Of a stretch of DNA of 64,000 nucleotides, positions 47,015 to 59,700 are shown one piece after another. How positions within the stretch are numbered: the first letter of the stretch is position 1; each line of letters begins with the position of its first letter. The notes beneath the pieces were generated by a model. It ran no database searches. It had not been told where the DNA came from and worked only from the letters and a program-made list of their open reading frames with translations. The position numbers were made by a program, and so were the translations under genes. This DNA is from Macrostomum lignano (lineage: Eukaryota), in the NCBI GenBank assembly GCA_002269645.1, contig NIVC01003610.1:1-64000 (forward strand), read 5' to 3'.

Positions 47015-49088
47015 AACCTTTCATTTTTACTTAATGAGACTGCAGTTGAATAACCAGCCTCTGATCGATCGGAAACATCTGATACCAAAACCGGATTCAG
47101 TTCAGTAAGATCTCAATAAATAGCTCCAGTGTCCCACTCCGGCAGCGGCTCGCGGCTCTCACACACGCGATCTTTAAGTCAGTCATGTGGCACGAGCTGC
47201 GAACGCTGCTGCTCCTGCTGGCCCTGCACGCCTGCAGCGGGTCATCCGTGCGCCTGGCTGTTGTAAGCGAAGCCGGAAGTCTCGCGGACAGTTCGATCAT
47301 CACCACAGCGGTGGACAAGCTGGTCAACGGAAACTGGAGGTATCCGGCATTCAAGACCAGTCCGATGTCGCTGGAGCTGCTGCCGACTGCGGACTCAGTG
47401 GAGGCTGCGCAGAGAGGTAAAAACAGCTTGAGATACAAATTTATTGTAGAATTCTAAGAAAGAAAATTATGTACTTTGGTGACAATCAATAGCTGATTAG
47501 GTTCAACGACGACTTGCTTGCTTACCCGGAAAATCTCTTCTGAAACTTCAGTGTGTCGATCGACAGGTCTCAACGGCTTGGTCGTCGTCGGCTCTTGTCA
47601 GTTCGTCTCGGATGTGCTCAAAATCTCTGGCTCCCTACAATTACCGACAGTCGCAGTTCTCAGAGGCCTTTGTCGGCTACCCAGTGTGCCAGGTAAAACC
47701 CTTATTACCACAACCTATCTACTGACGCACACTTGCTTACATCACAGACAAGAATGAATCGCATATCTTTACAGACTCAGCGATCGTGTCGAGTCCACTG
47801 GCGACCGACTTCTTGAGGGCGACCGCAGAAGCAATGGACCGAGTCTCCGCTAATCTGGTCGCTGTCCTTCACGACAGACAACAGGGTGCGCATGGCTTCC
47901 TCAAGATACTCTCGCCTGTAAGTTGACAGCAATGCCTTCCTCAACCATGGTGGCTAACACTCGTCATTGCAGACCACTTGCTGCTTGAGCAGCTTCAGCA
48001 ACTGCTCTCGGAGAAGAGAATCGCCAGCGTGATGTTTCAGTTCGACGAATGGCCACCAATTTGACCAAATCCTGCAAAACAGCGTCAAGGCTCAGATTCG
48101 ATACTGTGTGGTCGTCTGCGAGCCCGACAAGATCCCACTCGTCTTCGAGCAGGTGAGCTCAGGTACAAATTCTTTTGCACAATCGATTCGGCTTAATATT
48201 ATTTGGTTGTCATTCCAGGCTCGGAACACAGCCACACTGCAGATCAACTACTTCTGGACTGTGATTGACACAGGAATTTCGCCAAGAACTATCGAGACTC
48301 TGATCCCCGCGAATGAGTCTGCGAACATCCTCTTGATCCGTGAGTCGACAGTTCTTCTCAAAGAAATGGACTGCTCTGTAGATCTCGGAGTCGTGTATCC
48401 GGACTGCCAGTTCAGCAAGCGTTCGGTGAGGAACTCGTTCCCTGCAAACTTCTTCTGCGATGGAGCTTAGGCGCTGGCGATCTATCTGCAGTAGACCCTG
48501 AACATCCCTCAGATGCTGGAGCTGAAGGCGTTGGAGGCCGTGCTGTCATTCGCCAGAGCTACACAGAGCCTGCTGGACAGCTCCGACCTCGGCCTGACCG
48601 CCAGCAACGCGTCGTGTCGGCCGCTGCAGCCGTGGTCGGCGGGTCCCGCAGTGGCTGCGCAGCTGAAGCAGGTTGGAGTTCAGTTGCCTGTCTGACTCAG
48701 ATTCTTAGCGACATGTGCAATTTGTGGTTGAGTTTGCTTTACACCGGCATACTTAATAGCTGAATCAGAGAACAGAAAGCAAAGCTTAATTGCCCTAATA
48801 GAAGCACGGCTTCTTGTAATTAATGCTTAACCCCATATTTCCTGGCATGCCTCATAGCAGCGGCTCAGCCCAGCCAACGGAAGTGCGGGGCACCGGAGCG
48901 ACTACTTCCTGGAGATGCTGGGCCTGCTCAGCAACCCGGACGCAGTCGCGGAACTCGTGCCAAGCGGCCGGTTTATCGTCGAGAACGGCAGCCTTGTAGT
49001 GACCTTCGAGTACAAGGAGCGCGAGCTGCTGTTTCCCAACACCTTCGTGGACTTCAAGGGAGCTCGACTGCGGGTCTGCGCGCCGCCG
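47015..49088. repeat. ~2.1-kb near-identical duplicate of 32527-34605 (upstream region plus exons 1-7 of paralogue 4)
   Basis: Upstream DNA, exons and introns align almost base for base. Identity ends at the exon 7 donor (GCGCCGCCG|GTAAGG versus GCGCCGCCG|GTTAGT). Confidence 0.92.
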
Positions 49089-51452
49089 GTTAGTCACGAA
49101 TAGCTGAAGACTTGATGTTTTACTTCATAATAAGAAATTGGGATTACGCTCGTAAAATGGTATGAAGGGCATTGCTTGTTTCTTCAGATAAGAAAAAGTA
49201 ACAAATAATTATTTCGGGACGTTATTTATGTTAGTGATAAAGTAGTTGTAACATTTTAATAATAAACCTTATCTAATAACGAGTCCCATTTTCCCAACCA
49301 GTTCCCGCCTTTCACCAGGTACAGCAACTACACCTTTGGCACGGCTTCTGGCCACTCGGTGGATATGGTCAACTATTATGCCTCGCATCTGAATTTTTCG
49401 TATGTCTGAATCAGATTTGCATTGAGCCTCAACTCATTCTCCGTTGCATTATAGAGTACAGAAACTTATTGACCTTCATTGCGGCAGGTATGACATTTTC
49501 TCCCCACCGGATATCCAGTTCGGAGCGCCGGTCGAAGGATCGCCCTACTTCAGCGGTTGCATCGGCATGCTGCAGAGAGGAGTGAGGACAGCGCCTGCTT
49601 AATGATAATTTATGTTATAAAGTACAGTTTGCTCGAATTGACAGTCTGAAACTCTGTTCTCGTTGCCTTCTTCCCAGGAAGCCGAGTTTGCCATGCCGTT
49701 TGCCATCACCAACATTCGCTACCAAGTGATCGACTACTCAGAGGACTACATGTTCTCCGCCAACACCATTCTGGTGAAGCGGCCGCCATCAGAGTCCAAG
49801 CTGTGGAATGTGTTCACGCCGCTGGCCTGGGACTCCTGGCTGCTCATTCTCGGCATGCTCGTCTTCGTTCCCATCATCGTGTTTGTGCTCGCCAGCTGCA
49901 ATCCGTTCTCCGGGTGGAATCTACGCATCTCGTACGCGTTTGCCGATGAGGTGTGGCTGAAGGAGTACATCTGGTCAGTGATTGGCAGCTTCCTGCAGCA
50001 GGGCCAGGACTTCTATCCCTTCGCTATGAGCCCCCGCACTGTTCTGGCCTTCTGGTGGATGCTCACCGTTATTCTCTATGGCGCATACACAGGTGAGGCT
50101 GACGTCTGCATTGTCTTTTCAATACGTAATATTAATTGATTACACCTGCCTGGGCAGGTGTGCAACCGACAGCTCAGCCGCAGCTATTGCGCGGCGCATC
50201 TGAAGGCTGAGTACAGCTGTTCAGTTCAAGGACTGAGGGATTGCCACACACTTTCAATTACCCCAGCTAATGCTGGCACCCATTTTACAGCTGGGTGAAC
50301 TGAAGCATTGCAGAGTTAAGCGTCTAGCTCAAGGACACAAATTGTTCCGGGTGGATCGAGAATCGAACCCCTGACCTTTCGGTCGTGAGTCCGATGTTCT
50401 AGCCATTAGACTATAACCCCCTAGTAGGCTACAACCCAAAGTTTTGTCTTGATAGCCGTGAGTTATCGGCGTCATTTTACTGTTGTTTTTCTCTTACCGG
50501 ACAGGGGACCTCACGGCCAAGCTGGCTGTGACGGTGGCCGAGTACCCGATCCAAAGCTTGGAAGACCTGGTCTCCATGCCGCACTACAAGGCCATGGTTG
50601 CCCGGGGCACCAACATCTACGCGACTATCATGCTGGCAACTGACGGACCCATGGCTTTGCTGCGCAGGCAGATGGTTGTCGTAGACACAATGACTACCTG
50701 CGCTGAAACCGTGAGCTGATGCCCTGGTTCTTTGTTGGCTGTTCTGTTGTATAAAATGCATGGGGTCCTAATTAGCTATAGATATCATTGATGCCGACCA
50801 TTCCAGCTGCTGATTAAGGACGCCGACCCGTACATGGTGTGCATCTCGGACAAGAGCAGCAACTCGTTCTATGCCAGCGCATTCTGCAGCCAGGTGTACC
50901 AGGCCACCAGCCTTTTTAACTATTACTACCAGGCGATGACGTTTCCCAGAGATGCCTATTACCTGCCGGCGTTCGACTTGCTGTACGTTTTCTTCATTCC
51001 GCATTCCTTCTGGTTTTTATGCAATGCAAACAAACTGTACACATTCTGTGCGAAGTGTGTCGTTGCAGAGAATGATACGCCGAAATTAAAACTTTGATCT
51101 GAAGTGCAAAGCGGGGGTTTATTGGGGCTGATACCTCCAAGAAGGCCAGAAAAGCGAAAACCTGTGAATTCTCAAAACCATTAAAGTAGCTGACTCCTCC
51201 CAACTCTGCAGTCTTCAGCGCGGCAAGGAGAGCGGCGTCGTGGATGTTGTGACTCGGAAGTACGTCCCGCAGAGCAACGACTGCGGCGGCAGCAACGCGG
51301 CTGCTCAGGCGGCGGCCATATCGCTGGAGGGTGTCGGAGGCGCCTACATCATCTGCCTGGGCCTGTACGTGTGCGGTGGGCTCGTCCTGCTGGTGGAGCT
51401 GCTCTGGGTGATGTGGCTCGGGAAGCAGCCACTGGACATGCCAGGATACTGA
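47185..51452 (+). CDS. Divergent ionotropic glutamate receptor-like subunit, paralogue 5 (13 exons; two 1-nt deletions in exon 4, so possible pseudogene or assembly error)
   Basis: Exons: 47185-47416, 47552-47692, 47775-47885, 47973-48152 (180 nt versus 182 nt in paralogue 4), 48219-48425, 48513-48671, 48858-49088, 49302-49399, 49488-49581, 49678-50092, 50505-50710, 50807-50982, 51212-51452. As assembled there is a premature TGA at 48062-48064. Downstream exons are clean, ending QPLDMPGY*; AATAAA at 51516. Confidence 0.85.
50138..50422 (-). mobile_element. tRNA-headed SINE copy (intron 10 of paralogue 5)
   Basis: Same family as the copies at 34708 and 40727; B box GGGTTCGATTC on the minus strand; TGTCCTTGAGCTAGACGCTTAAC core-like segment. 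Confidence 0.7.
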
Positions 51453-53098
51453 TGAGGGGCGCCGGAATCAATTAAGCTCAGGCTGGATTAATTCGTTTCA
51501 ATCCAGTTTGCGATAAATAAACATTTGCGATGCTAATAGCTTGCACATTAGACTTACACAATGAAAATTCACAATTCGCAATCAATAATTCGTTCACGTT
51601 GCAGTCGCAGCAACTCACTTTTAGAAGCTGAAATGTAAAAGTGGGCACCACGCTTTTTCGCTTACCTTAAGCTTCATTCTTTACATGCAGTTTCCCCAGC
51701 CTTGCAGAATTCGGACTCGTTTCCGGCTTAGTAACTGCAGCGCTCGCATCCCCAAACGGACGTTGCTAGCTTTTGCTCAGAGCAGAATTCCAGTAAATAA
51801 TATTAGTCCTCGTACACCGCACTCGTTCCACATCCGTGTCTCTCTCAAATGTATTGAATGCATTATAGCAATGTGGGAATGATGAAGCCGAGAAAAACTC
51901 ACCAAGGCGAAATGCTTTGCTTAGGCCGAACGCGACCCGAAATTTGATGCCATGTCAAAGATTTTCGATAAAAAATGAAAACTCGCAAAAGCATTTGATC
52001 TGCACTGGCTGCATTTTACATCAGAAATGATTAATAAATAAAACATTCGCAACAGAGCTGTTGGTACAGGCGGAGAATGTATTTGACCGCCAGTGCGGTG
52101 ACATGGAAGACGCAACGAGTTCCAAAATGAAAAGCTAAAACAGGAGAGCAGCAAAGCTTTGTACAGAGTTCGGCAGCCCCACAGCTCGCCAGCAATTTTG
52201 TTCGATTGGAGGTCGCGCACAGAGGAGCGCCAGAGATCGGAGCACAAAGGGACCGGCATGAGGAACTGCTCAGCACAGGTACTACAGGTAGCAAACAATA
52301 TTAGTGAGCGAAACTAAATAAAAAGTGTAATGATGCATAGCAGTGAGTACTGAGATCTACAAGCAGTAGCACGGATAGAGCAGAGCTTAGTTGCATAAAA
52401 ATTGATTAGTAAAATGGTTAAAAAGTGTCAAATAAAAAACACAAAGGAAGCACATTGGACAAAAAGGACACAAACGAATGATTTGATTTGGCCTAAAAAA
52501 CTGGCCTGGAAGATGGAGTGCGGCCTGCGCACAGCAAACCCTTGAGATCTGCGGTGCCCGAGCTTGAGGCTGCTCAGGTCTCAGGTCAGCGATTTGCGGG
52601 GAAGTGCGGCAGGCCATGGCATCAGCCGCTGCCAGCTGCAAGGAGGTCAAAGGAGATTCGCAGCAGCAGGCTTGGCAGCGCGGACGACACGCCACAAGAC
52701 GGCGACAAAAGTTCGCCGCAGGACAGAATGACAAGTAAAATGTAAAACAAGCCTTCAGTAGAATAGAAACAGCATTCAGCAGGTCTTTCAACGTAGTGAA
52801 AAGATTCTACGAGCTATTATGAAGTGAAGTGAGAGTAAAAATTTGTAAAACCACTCTGGCTTCGAGAATCAGTGAATAAGCCTATCATTGAATTTCTATT
52901 CAGACAGCGCGTCAGTAAGTTAATTCACTAATGAATTACAGCAGAGTAGCACCAGATTCGCCCTACAGTTTACAGCTGTTGTCCACATGAAACAGCTCCA
53001 CATTCACCCCGGAGTCACCCAATAGTCACCACAGAGCTACCCCACAGTCCCACAGAGTCACTTGAAAGTCACATTTGAGCTGGCTTAGGGTCCCCGCA

Positions 53099-53610
53099 CA
53101 GTCACTCCATAGTCCCCATAGAGTCACTCTATAGTCCCCATAGAGTCACTCTATAGTCCCCATAGAGTCACTCTATAGTCCCCATAGAGTCACTCTATAG
53201 TCCCCATAGAGTCACTCCAAGAGTCACTCCATAGTCCCCGTAGAGTCACTCCTTAGTCCCCGTAGAGTCACTCCTTAGTCCCGTAGAGTCACTCCTTAGT
53301 CCCCGTAGAGTCACTCCATAGTCCCCGTAGAGTCACTTCATAGTCCCCGTAGAGTCACTTCATAGTCCCCATAGAGTCACTCTATAGTCCCCGTAGAGTC
53401 ACTCCTTAGTCCCCGTAGAGTCACTCCTTAGTCCCCATAGAGTCACTCTATAGTCCCCGTAGAGTCACTCCATAGTCCCCGTAGAGTCACTTCATAGTCC
53501 CCGTAGAGTCACTCCTTAGTCCCCGTAGAGTCACTCCATAGTCCCCGTAGAGTCACTTCATAGTCCCCGTAGAGTCACTTCATAGTCCCCGTAGAGTCAC
53601 TTCATAAGTC
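53099..53610. repeat. 22-bp minisatellite, ~23 copies
   Basis: Unit GAGTCACT(CC/CT/TC)ATAGTCCCC(G/A)TA, starting ~30 bp beyond the claudin-like stop codon. Confidence 0.93.
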
Positions 53611-53642
53611 ACCCAAGCCAGCCGCAGCGCAGATCCCTGAGG

Positions 53643-54424
53643 CTACACCAGGCTGTCCTCGGGCGGGGCCGGCCGCCGGGCCGCGGTGAACTTCTTGTCG
53701 ATGCCGGAGGCCCCGGCCGCAAATTTGTCCGCAGTCTCGGCGTCGTCCTCGCCAATGAGCTGCTGCTGCTCGGCGAACAGCAGCTCCTCCTCGGACTTTC
53801 CAACAAAGCGGATGACGGTGAAGGCCAGCGCGAAGAAGCTGGCGAAGTTGGCGAAGCAGGCGCAGGCGTAGGAGAAGCCGAGCCGGTTGTAGTCCGGCCG
53901 CGGCATCCACCGCCGGTCGAGGCTGTTCAGGCCCACGAAGATGATCTGGACGAGGATGGCGCAGCTGGCCAGCAGGTGCATGGCGCCGCACAGCTTGAGC
54001 TGCTTGAGATTGGCCGGCAGCTCCTCGATGCGCCGCTTGGAGACGTAGCGGTGGCAGGCGAGGCGGCTGACGATCACTGTGGCGATGATGAGGAAGATGA
54101 GGGTGAGGATGGACAGCATCTGCACAGCGTAGAACCAGGGCGGGTTCAGCCAGCTGCGGATGTAGTAGTACTCGGGTAGTAGATGTACCAGCAGCCGTAG
54201 TAGGCCTTGGACACATAGTCCTCGGGGTGCAGGTAGCCTTTGAAGCAGGCGGTCCACAGGCCGAGGCGGAGGAAGGTGCTCTCCATCTCCGGCTTCAGCT
54301 CGATCCAGTTGGGCGTCACGAAGGCCACAAAGTACAGGATGCAGGCCAGCACAGTGCAGACAAGCACGCAACGGAAGGCGAGGTCCCGAGGCAGGCGGGC
54401 CCCAAAGTTTGGTGCTGGTTGCAT
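53643..54424 (-). CDS. Invertebrate claudin-like / PMP22-family four-TM junction protein (single coding exon; apparent 1-nt deletion at ~54174; ~260 aa when repaired)
   Basis: Contains W...GLWTAC...YYGCWYIYYP/EYYYIRSWLNPPWFYAVQ, the claudin loop-1 W-GLW-C-C signature of kune-kune/sinuous/megatrachea-like proteins. It has four hydrophobic segments, a WMPRPDYNRLGFSY loop 2 and a PDZ-type C-terminus DSLV*. The two ORFs join if CCG is read as CCC G. Confidence 0.82.
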
Positions 54425-56965
54425 GTTGTTGGTGCTATTCAGTCAGAGCAGCAAGATGTGATGCGGTGGACTATTTGGCGTGAGATGAAAATTTGATTTA
54501 CTGGAAACTAAATAAATATAAATAATAAATACTCTAGATATGATGTCTCCCAATCAAAACAATTAAATAATTTGTCTTTTCAGTTCTTTCGTGGTGGTTT
54601 TATTCTTATAGATACTATTTTTGGTTAAATACACGCCAAGCAATGCACTGGTATCTGCACTGATTTTGATCCAAATTTGACCTGTCTGGTCAATATAAAT
54701 TTTCAATAAGTTGATAGCTTAAGCTTTAGTCTTGCTTAGGTTTTTATTTCCCATTTATTGTTCAGTCCATTTGAGCTTCAAGGCAAATTAATAAATAAGT
54801 TTATGGTTAGTCAACCTATAGTTCATTTTTAGCTATAAAAATTAGACAAAATTTTTAGACAAAATTAGACAAAACAAAAAATATCACACTTAGTTTAGTT
54901 TGAGTTATTATTGGCATATTATATATTAGACCCTTATGATCTCCATAGAAAATTTTACTAGGAAACAAAAAAATGCCCATTCAGAGTTTATCAAAGAAAA
55001 AAGGCTCCAACCTCAATAAAATCTGCCAGTGGCTTTGGCTTAATATGGTAAACTATGAGCAGATCTGCAGATGTACGAGTATGAACAATGAACATACATC
55101 AAACAACAACACATTCAAAGCAGGAAAACCCAGGAGTATGCAGGGAAATCCAATTTTATAAACCATTATGGAACGCTAATACTGATCATGAGCCATGAGT
55201 AAATATAGGTCAAGTTTCTATAAATCTGACCCTTTTTTCTCTGTTGACTGTAGTTATATATATGAAGAAGACTATAGATTGTTTTAACTAATATATTGTT
55301 ATAGTATTCTTTAAAATATGGCTACCCTAATGCAACTAATGCAAGCAGTTATTATTGAAGAAGGCTAATAAAACAATTATATCAAAATTGCCATTTTTTA
55401 CTCTCAGATTTAATTTTCTCAGAAAGCAGTGCACAGACATGGAAGCCGTGTTTATCTGAAGAAAATTATAGCGAAAATAACTTAGACTAAACAAAATGCT
55501 TAAGATACTCAAAATCAAGTAATATTTTATAGGTTTCGTTCGGTTATTTTGACTAGACTATCGAATACAAGAGGCAGAGCTTATCATATTCCTTCCTTCG
55601 CTTAAAAATATCTACTTCCTGTCAAAGTCAAAAACAAAAACATCAACTATGCTTCAATTTTACTAATACATCAAAGTATACCCTGTAGTTTATATACAAA
55701 CTATAGATAAAATAAAAAACAGTGAGACATACATTTTTTTGGATATCTATTCAAGAGTTTTATAATCGTTATACTTATTCTAATGATATGCATTTAAAAA
55801 TCCGACAAACTGCACGTGGCCCGCGCGCGGCGTAGCCGCGTAGGCCCGTAGGCATAGCTGGCTAAATGTTCAGACAGCGAATCACAATTACGTTGTTATA
55901 TAGCTATAGTCATAGAAACGCCATTCAAAATTAGAATTTCAAAGCCTAAGCCACCAATTTTTTTCCTGCTGGCTAGGTGCATCCATACAGTCAATCTTTT
56001 GTCCAATAACAAAGCTTGTCTCATTATCCTCAAGACCTCAGCTTTGATTTCACTTTCGTCTTTGTCATATAGTTGCAGCATTCCAATGCATCGATTAATC
56101 AATATTATAGTAGGCCTACTTCATGTAAATATAATTAAAATTAAACATCTAGGCTGTACTATAACTAGGGACTGTAGTCTGTACACTGTGGCAGTGTAGG
56201 TAGTGAGATTTTTAAAGTTATTTTTTGTTTTTGTTTTTCTTTTGATAAGTCTTATTTATTTCCATAATGATGATTGATGAGTAGGCTAATATGACACCTT
56301 TATAAAATTTTTAAAAATTGTTCAAATATAATAAAAAAGTTACAATTTTTTTGTTCTCTAAGACTAAATTTTCATTTTTGTAATACATTTTGCCTAATTA
56401 GCACAGTGACAATTTTTGCTCAAAAACTAATGAGCAAAAGCCTGAAGCTGAACCTGATATTTCTATTTCTATTTGATGATATTTATGTTTGGATTACACA
56501 TTGAAATGATTATATATTGAAGCTGATATATAAGTATCATCCAACAAATGCACTTTCAACTTTGCATATTTTTTGTTTTTATTTAATTTTTTAGTTTTAA
56601 ACATGCACGCCATTTTCACTCTGTACAATTGAGCAAAATATAAAATGATCATAAACCAAAATTGGTTAAATAGAAGGTGATCATAAACCAAAGGAATGCC
56701 AAAATTTCAGTTATGTTATATTAATTGTTAATCATACATGTGCAACCAACCCCTTTTGATTTACACTAGGCCTAGCTATGCAGTTTACCTTGTTGACTAA
56801 AAAATGATTTATCTAAGAAAGAAACTTTAAAGCAAAAATTAATGCAATTTTAGGTTAATAACAAGAGTAACTTTGATTGTCTTATTAAGGTTAAATGCCT
56901 TATCATCTAATTAGTTATATCTTTTTTTTGAATAAGCATTTTTGTTATCCGCTAGAAGTATACAT

Positions 56966-57123
56966 GCGCAACCTTGGGAATCACTCGGCCATTTCTATTG
57001 GCAACACACACATGTAAGTTGCTATTGGCTGAGAGCAGTCACGTGACTACTATTCCATCCAATAGCAACTTACATATGTGTGTGTTGCCAATAGAAATGG
57101 CCGGGTGAATCCCTAGGTTGCGC
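56966..57123. mobile_element. 158-bp palindromic (foldback/MITE-like) element
   Basis: Arms 56966-57028 and 57059-57123 are near-perfect inverted repeats around a 30-bp loop. A CTAGAAG direct repeat lies on both flanks (56952 and 57134). Confidence 0.65.
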
Positions 57124-59329
57124 CCAAGCATGACTAGAAGCAATCATCATAATCAGTATATTAATAATAAATTTATTTTATTTTTTACTTTAACCACTTC
57201 TCATTATTTGTATTGCAAGTTTGTTATTTAATTTAGATAGTATTTGTATGTGTTGACTATAAAATAACCATCTTGCTTTTTATTTAATCACTATAACAAT
57301 AAAACTACCTTAAATTTTGTCAAAATTTCAAGTCTATCTACAAAGATTGATTGAAAAGAAAAGGTATTATATTAGCTTAGACTTTTATAATGACTTTTTC
57401 TATGTTAAACTTATTAATTTTTTGTTATCCCAAATGCTCTGTGTGAAGATCTGCACTGACTCTGTTGGCTTATAGTGCATTAATATGAATTTTAATCATT
57501 CAGCAATGACTAGCTTCTTCTTTGGGAAAGTCTTCTAAATTATTAATTTTCTAATATTTGCAAGTCTATTTCCTCTAGCTCCTTAGGCATAACACTGACA
57601 ATCTGCACTATATTCATTTTGGCTTTTGCTAAAAAGAGGTCAATGACCTGCCAATTTTTAGCCATGTCTGTGAGATTATTGATGCAACTAAGAGCAGCAA
57701 AGCTTTGTAGCTAAGTTTCCATCATTGTGGGGTCATTTAGCTGCAGATTGTCTGCTCGCAATGCTATTGTTGTGCCATAGCAATAAGGAATACTCTTTGT
57801 TATCAGAGAGAACTTAGCTGAGCACAAGAAAAATATACAACTTTAAGTTATGGCCAAACTGGCCTTTATACTATCAAGAAACCATTGACAGTGATAGCAT
57901 ATGCTGCCTACAATATAGTGCAATCAAACATTTCAACTCTAGCCTATGCACAATATGCTGCGTGTATGCTATGTATATTGGCAATGAATAAATATTATAT
58001 ATACAAAAGTCAGTGAAAGTCAATTAGCTGAGCCAGGCAGTGCTATATATATAATTTTAAGATTACATTTTACAAAAAAGCCATCTTTTTTAAAGAGATA
58101 GGGGACTAATATAGTTTAATAAATTGTCCTAGTAAAAGCCAAATAAAAAATTGTAAAAGTATTTTCTTTATAAAAAAGTATTTTTTCTTCTTTAAGGTTT
58201 TTTAGATATAATTGCATTACAAATGCAAAGTTATTTATGCTCAAATAATTTTTACTAAATTTGCCTTCTATATGCATATTGGTAAGCCATAAGACTTACT
58301 AGTTAGCAATGGGATAAATATTTGGAATATTAGGAATTGAATTGAATTAACCAAATATTAAGTTTGAACTATAAATTACAAAATTACTAATCTGTTTACA
58401 ATGCCAAATTGTCACTATGATATAAGATAAAGATTTGGAAGAAGAGTTGAATAATAGTGTTGTGGCTCAAAATGAAAGGAAAAATTAGGGATAAATAGGA
58501 ATTAGGGAATTAAATACTAAGAAGTTTGTTTGAAGAATTAAGTGTTGAAGGTTATAAGCTTGTTGCTTATAAATCACTGAAAGAATTAAGGATAAGAAAA
58601 CATGTGGCATATATTAAGTAAAGTTAGATGCTTAAGCAATTATAAGCATGTTTTGCTCAGATTGAGCACTAAGACTTTAGGAGGCTTTGAGGCTTTAGGA
58701 AAAGTGGAGCATTAAGAACAAGTTTATGGAACATAGATACTAGGGCTCTGATTCCTATAAACTTGGAAGAATGGAGTTGGGATTTGGTCTAGATATATTT
58801 CTTTAGACAAAAAGATGCATTCCAAAGTCAAGAGCTGCTAAAAAGAATAGGGCTTATAGTCAAGATCATGTTATGAGTGTGCCAAGGTATACAAGGCAAA
58901 ATGCATTAGTGCACCAAGTTGTGCCTGTGGTAAGTCTAAAATCTCCTAGCCCTTAGCTTACTTTAGCATAGACAAACATTCATCTGAATTAAAAAAAATT
59001 GAAAATATTTTTGATAAAGCTTTTATCCTTTATATATACTTGCAAAATAATTATTAAGCTTTATACTTCAAACTTTAACCTACATAAATTTTCTATAAAA
59101 ATTTAATAAAAAATACTAAAGCTGAAGACTGGGATTTAATATAGCTAGTTATAGCTAGTCAAATGATCTAGCACTTGCAAAATAGTGCACTTGTGCTATA
59201 TACCAATTATATATAAATGACTATATTTAGCAAGGCTAGAAGCATAATAAATATATTATGGCCAGAGGTATAGTATTGCCATAACAATGTCAAGGCTAAA
59301 TGGCTATCCATTGCCAAGGCTATGAGGTG

Positions 59330-59700
59330 GGAGCAGGTTTTGATATTTGTTAGTTGTTTCTTGTTGTTTGACACCAATAAGGTAGATGGTTTAGTATTTT
59401 GAACTTGTCTACATAGAGTTTGCATAATTCAAATTGGAAAATCTCATACAGTAGAATTTAGCTCTAGTGATTATGCTTGGTTATTCTATTTACCAGGTCC
59501 TCAATTCTTGGGAGAGAGTAGTTAAAATTGTGGTGAAGCATAAATCTGGTGCAGTTGTTTATGACTCCTAATACCAAATTTAATATATAGTTATTTCTTT
59601 TAATGCTTATTATAAATAGCATAGTGCTGCCTCCATTACAATTAACATTATTAGTTAATGGAGTACCATAATTAAGTACCATAGCTAAGTAGGCTAAGAG
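59330..59700 (-). mobile_element. Possible heavily decayed Ty3/Gypsy-type RT fragment
   Basis: YSLPRIEDLVNRI (59520 downward) matches the Gypsy RT motif YPLPRI.DL. Nearby frames give FSNL/QVQ/KKQLTNIKT-like remnants with many stops and frameshifts. Confidence 0.3.
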
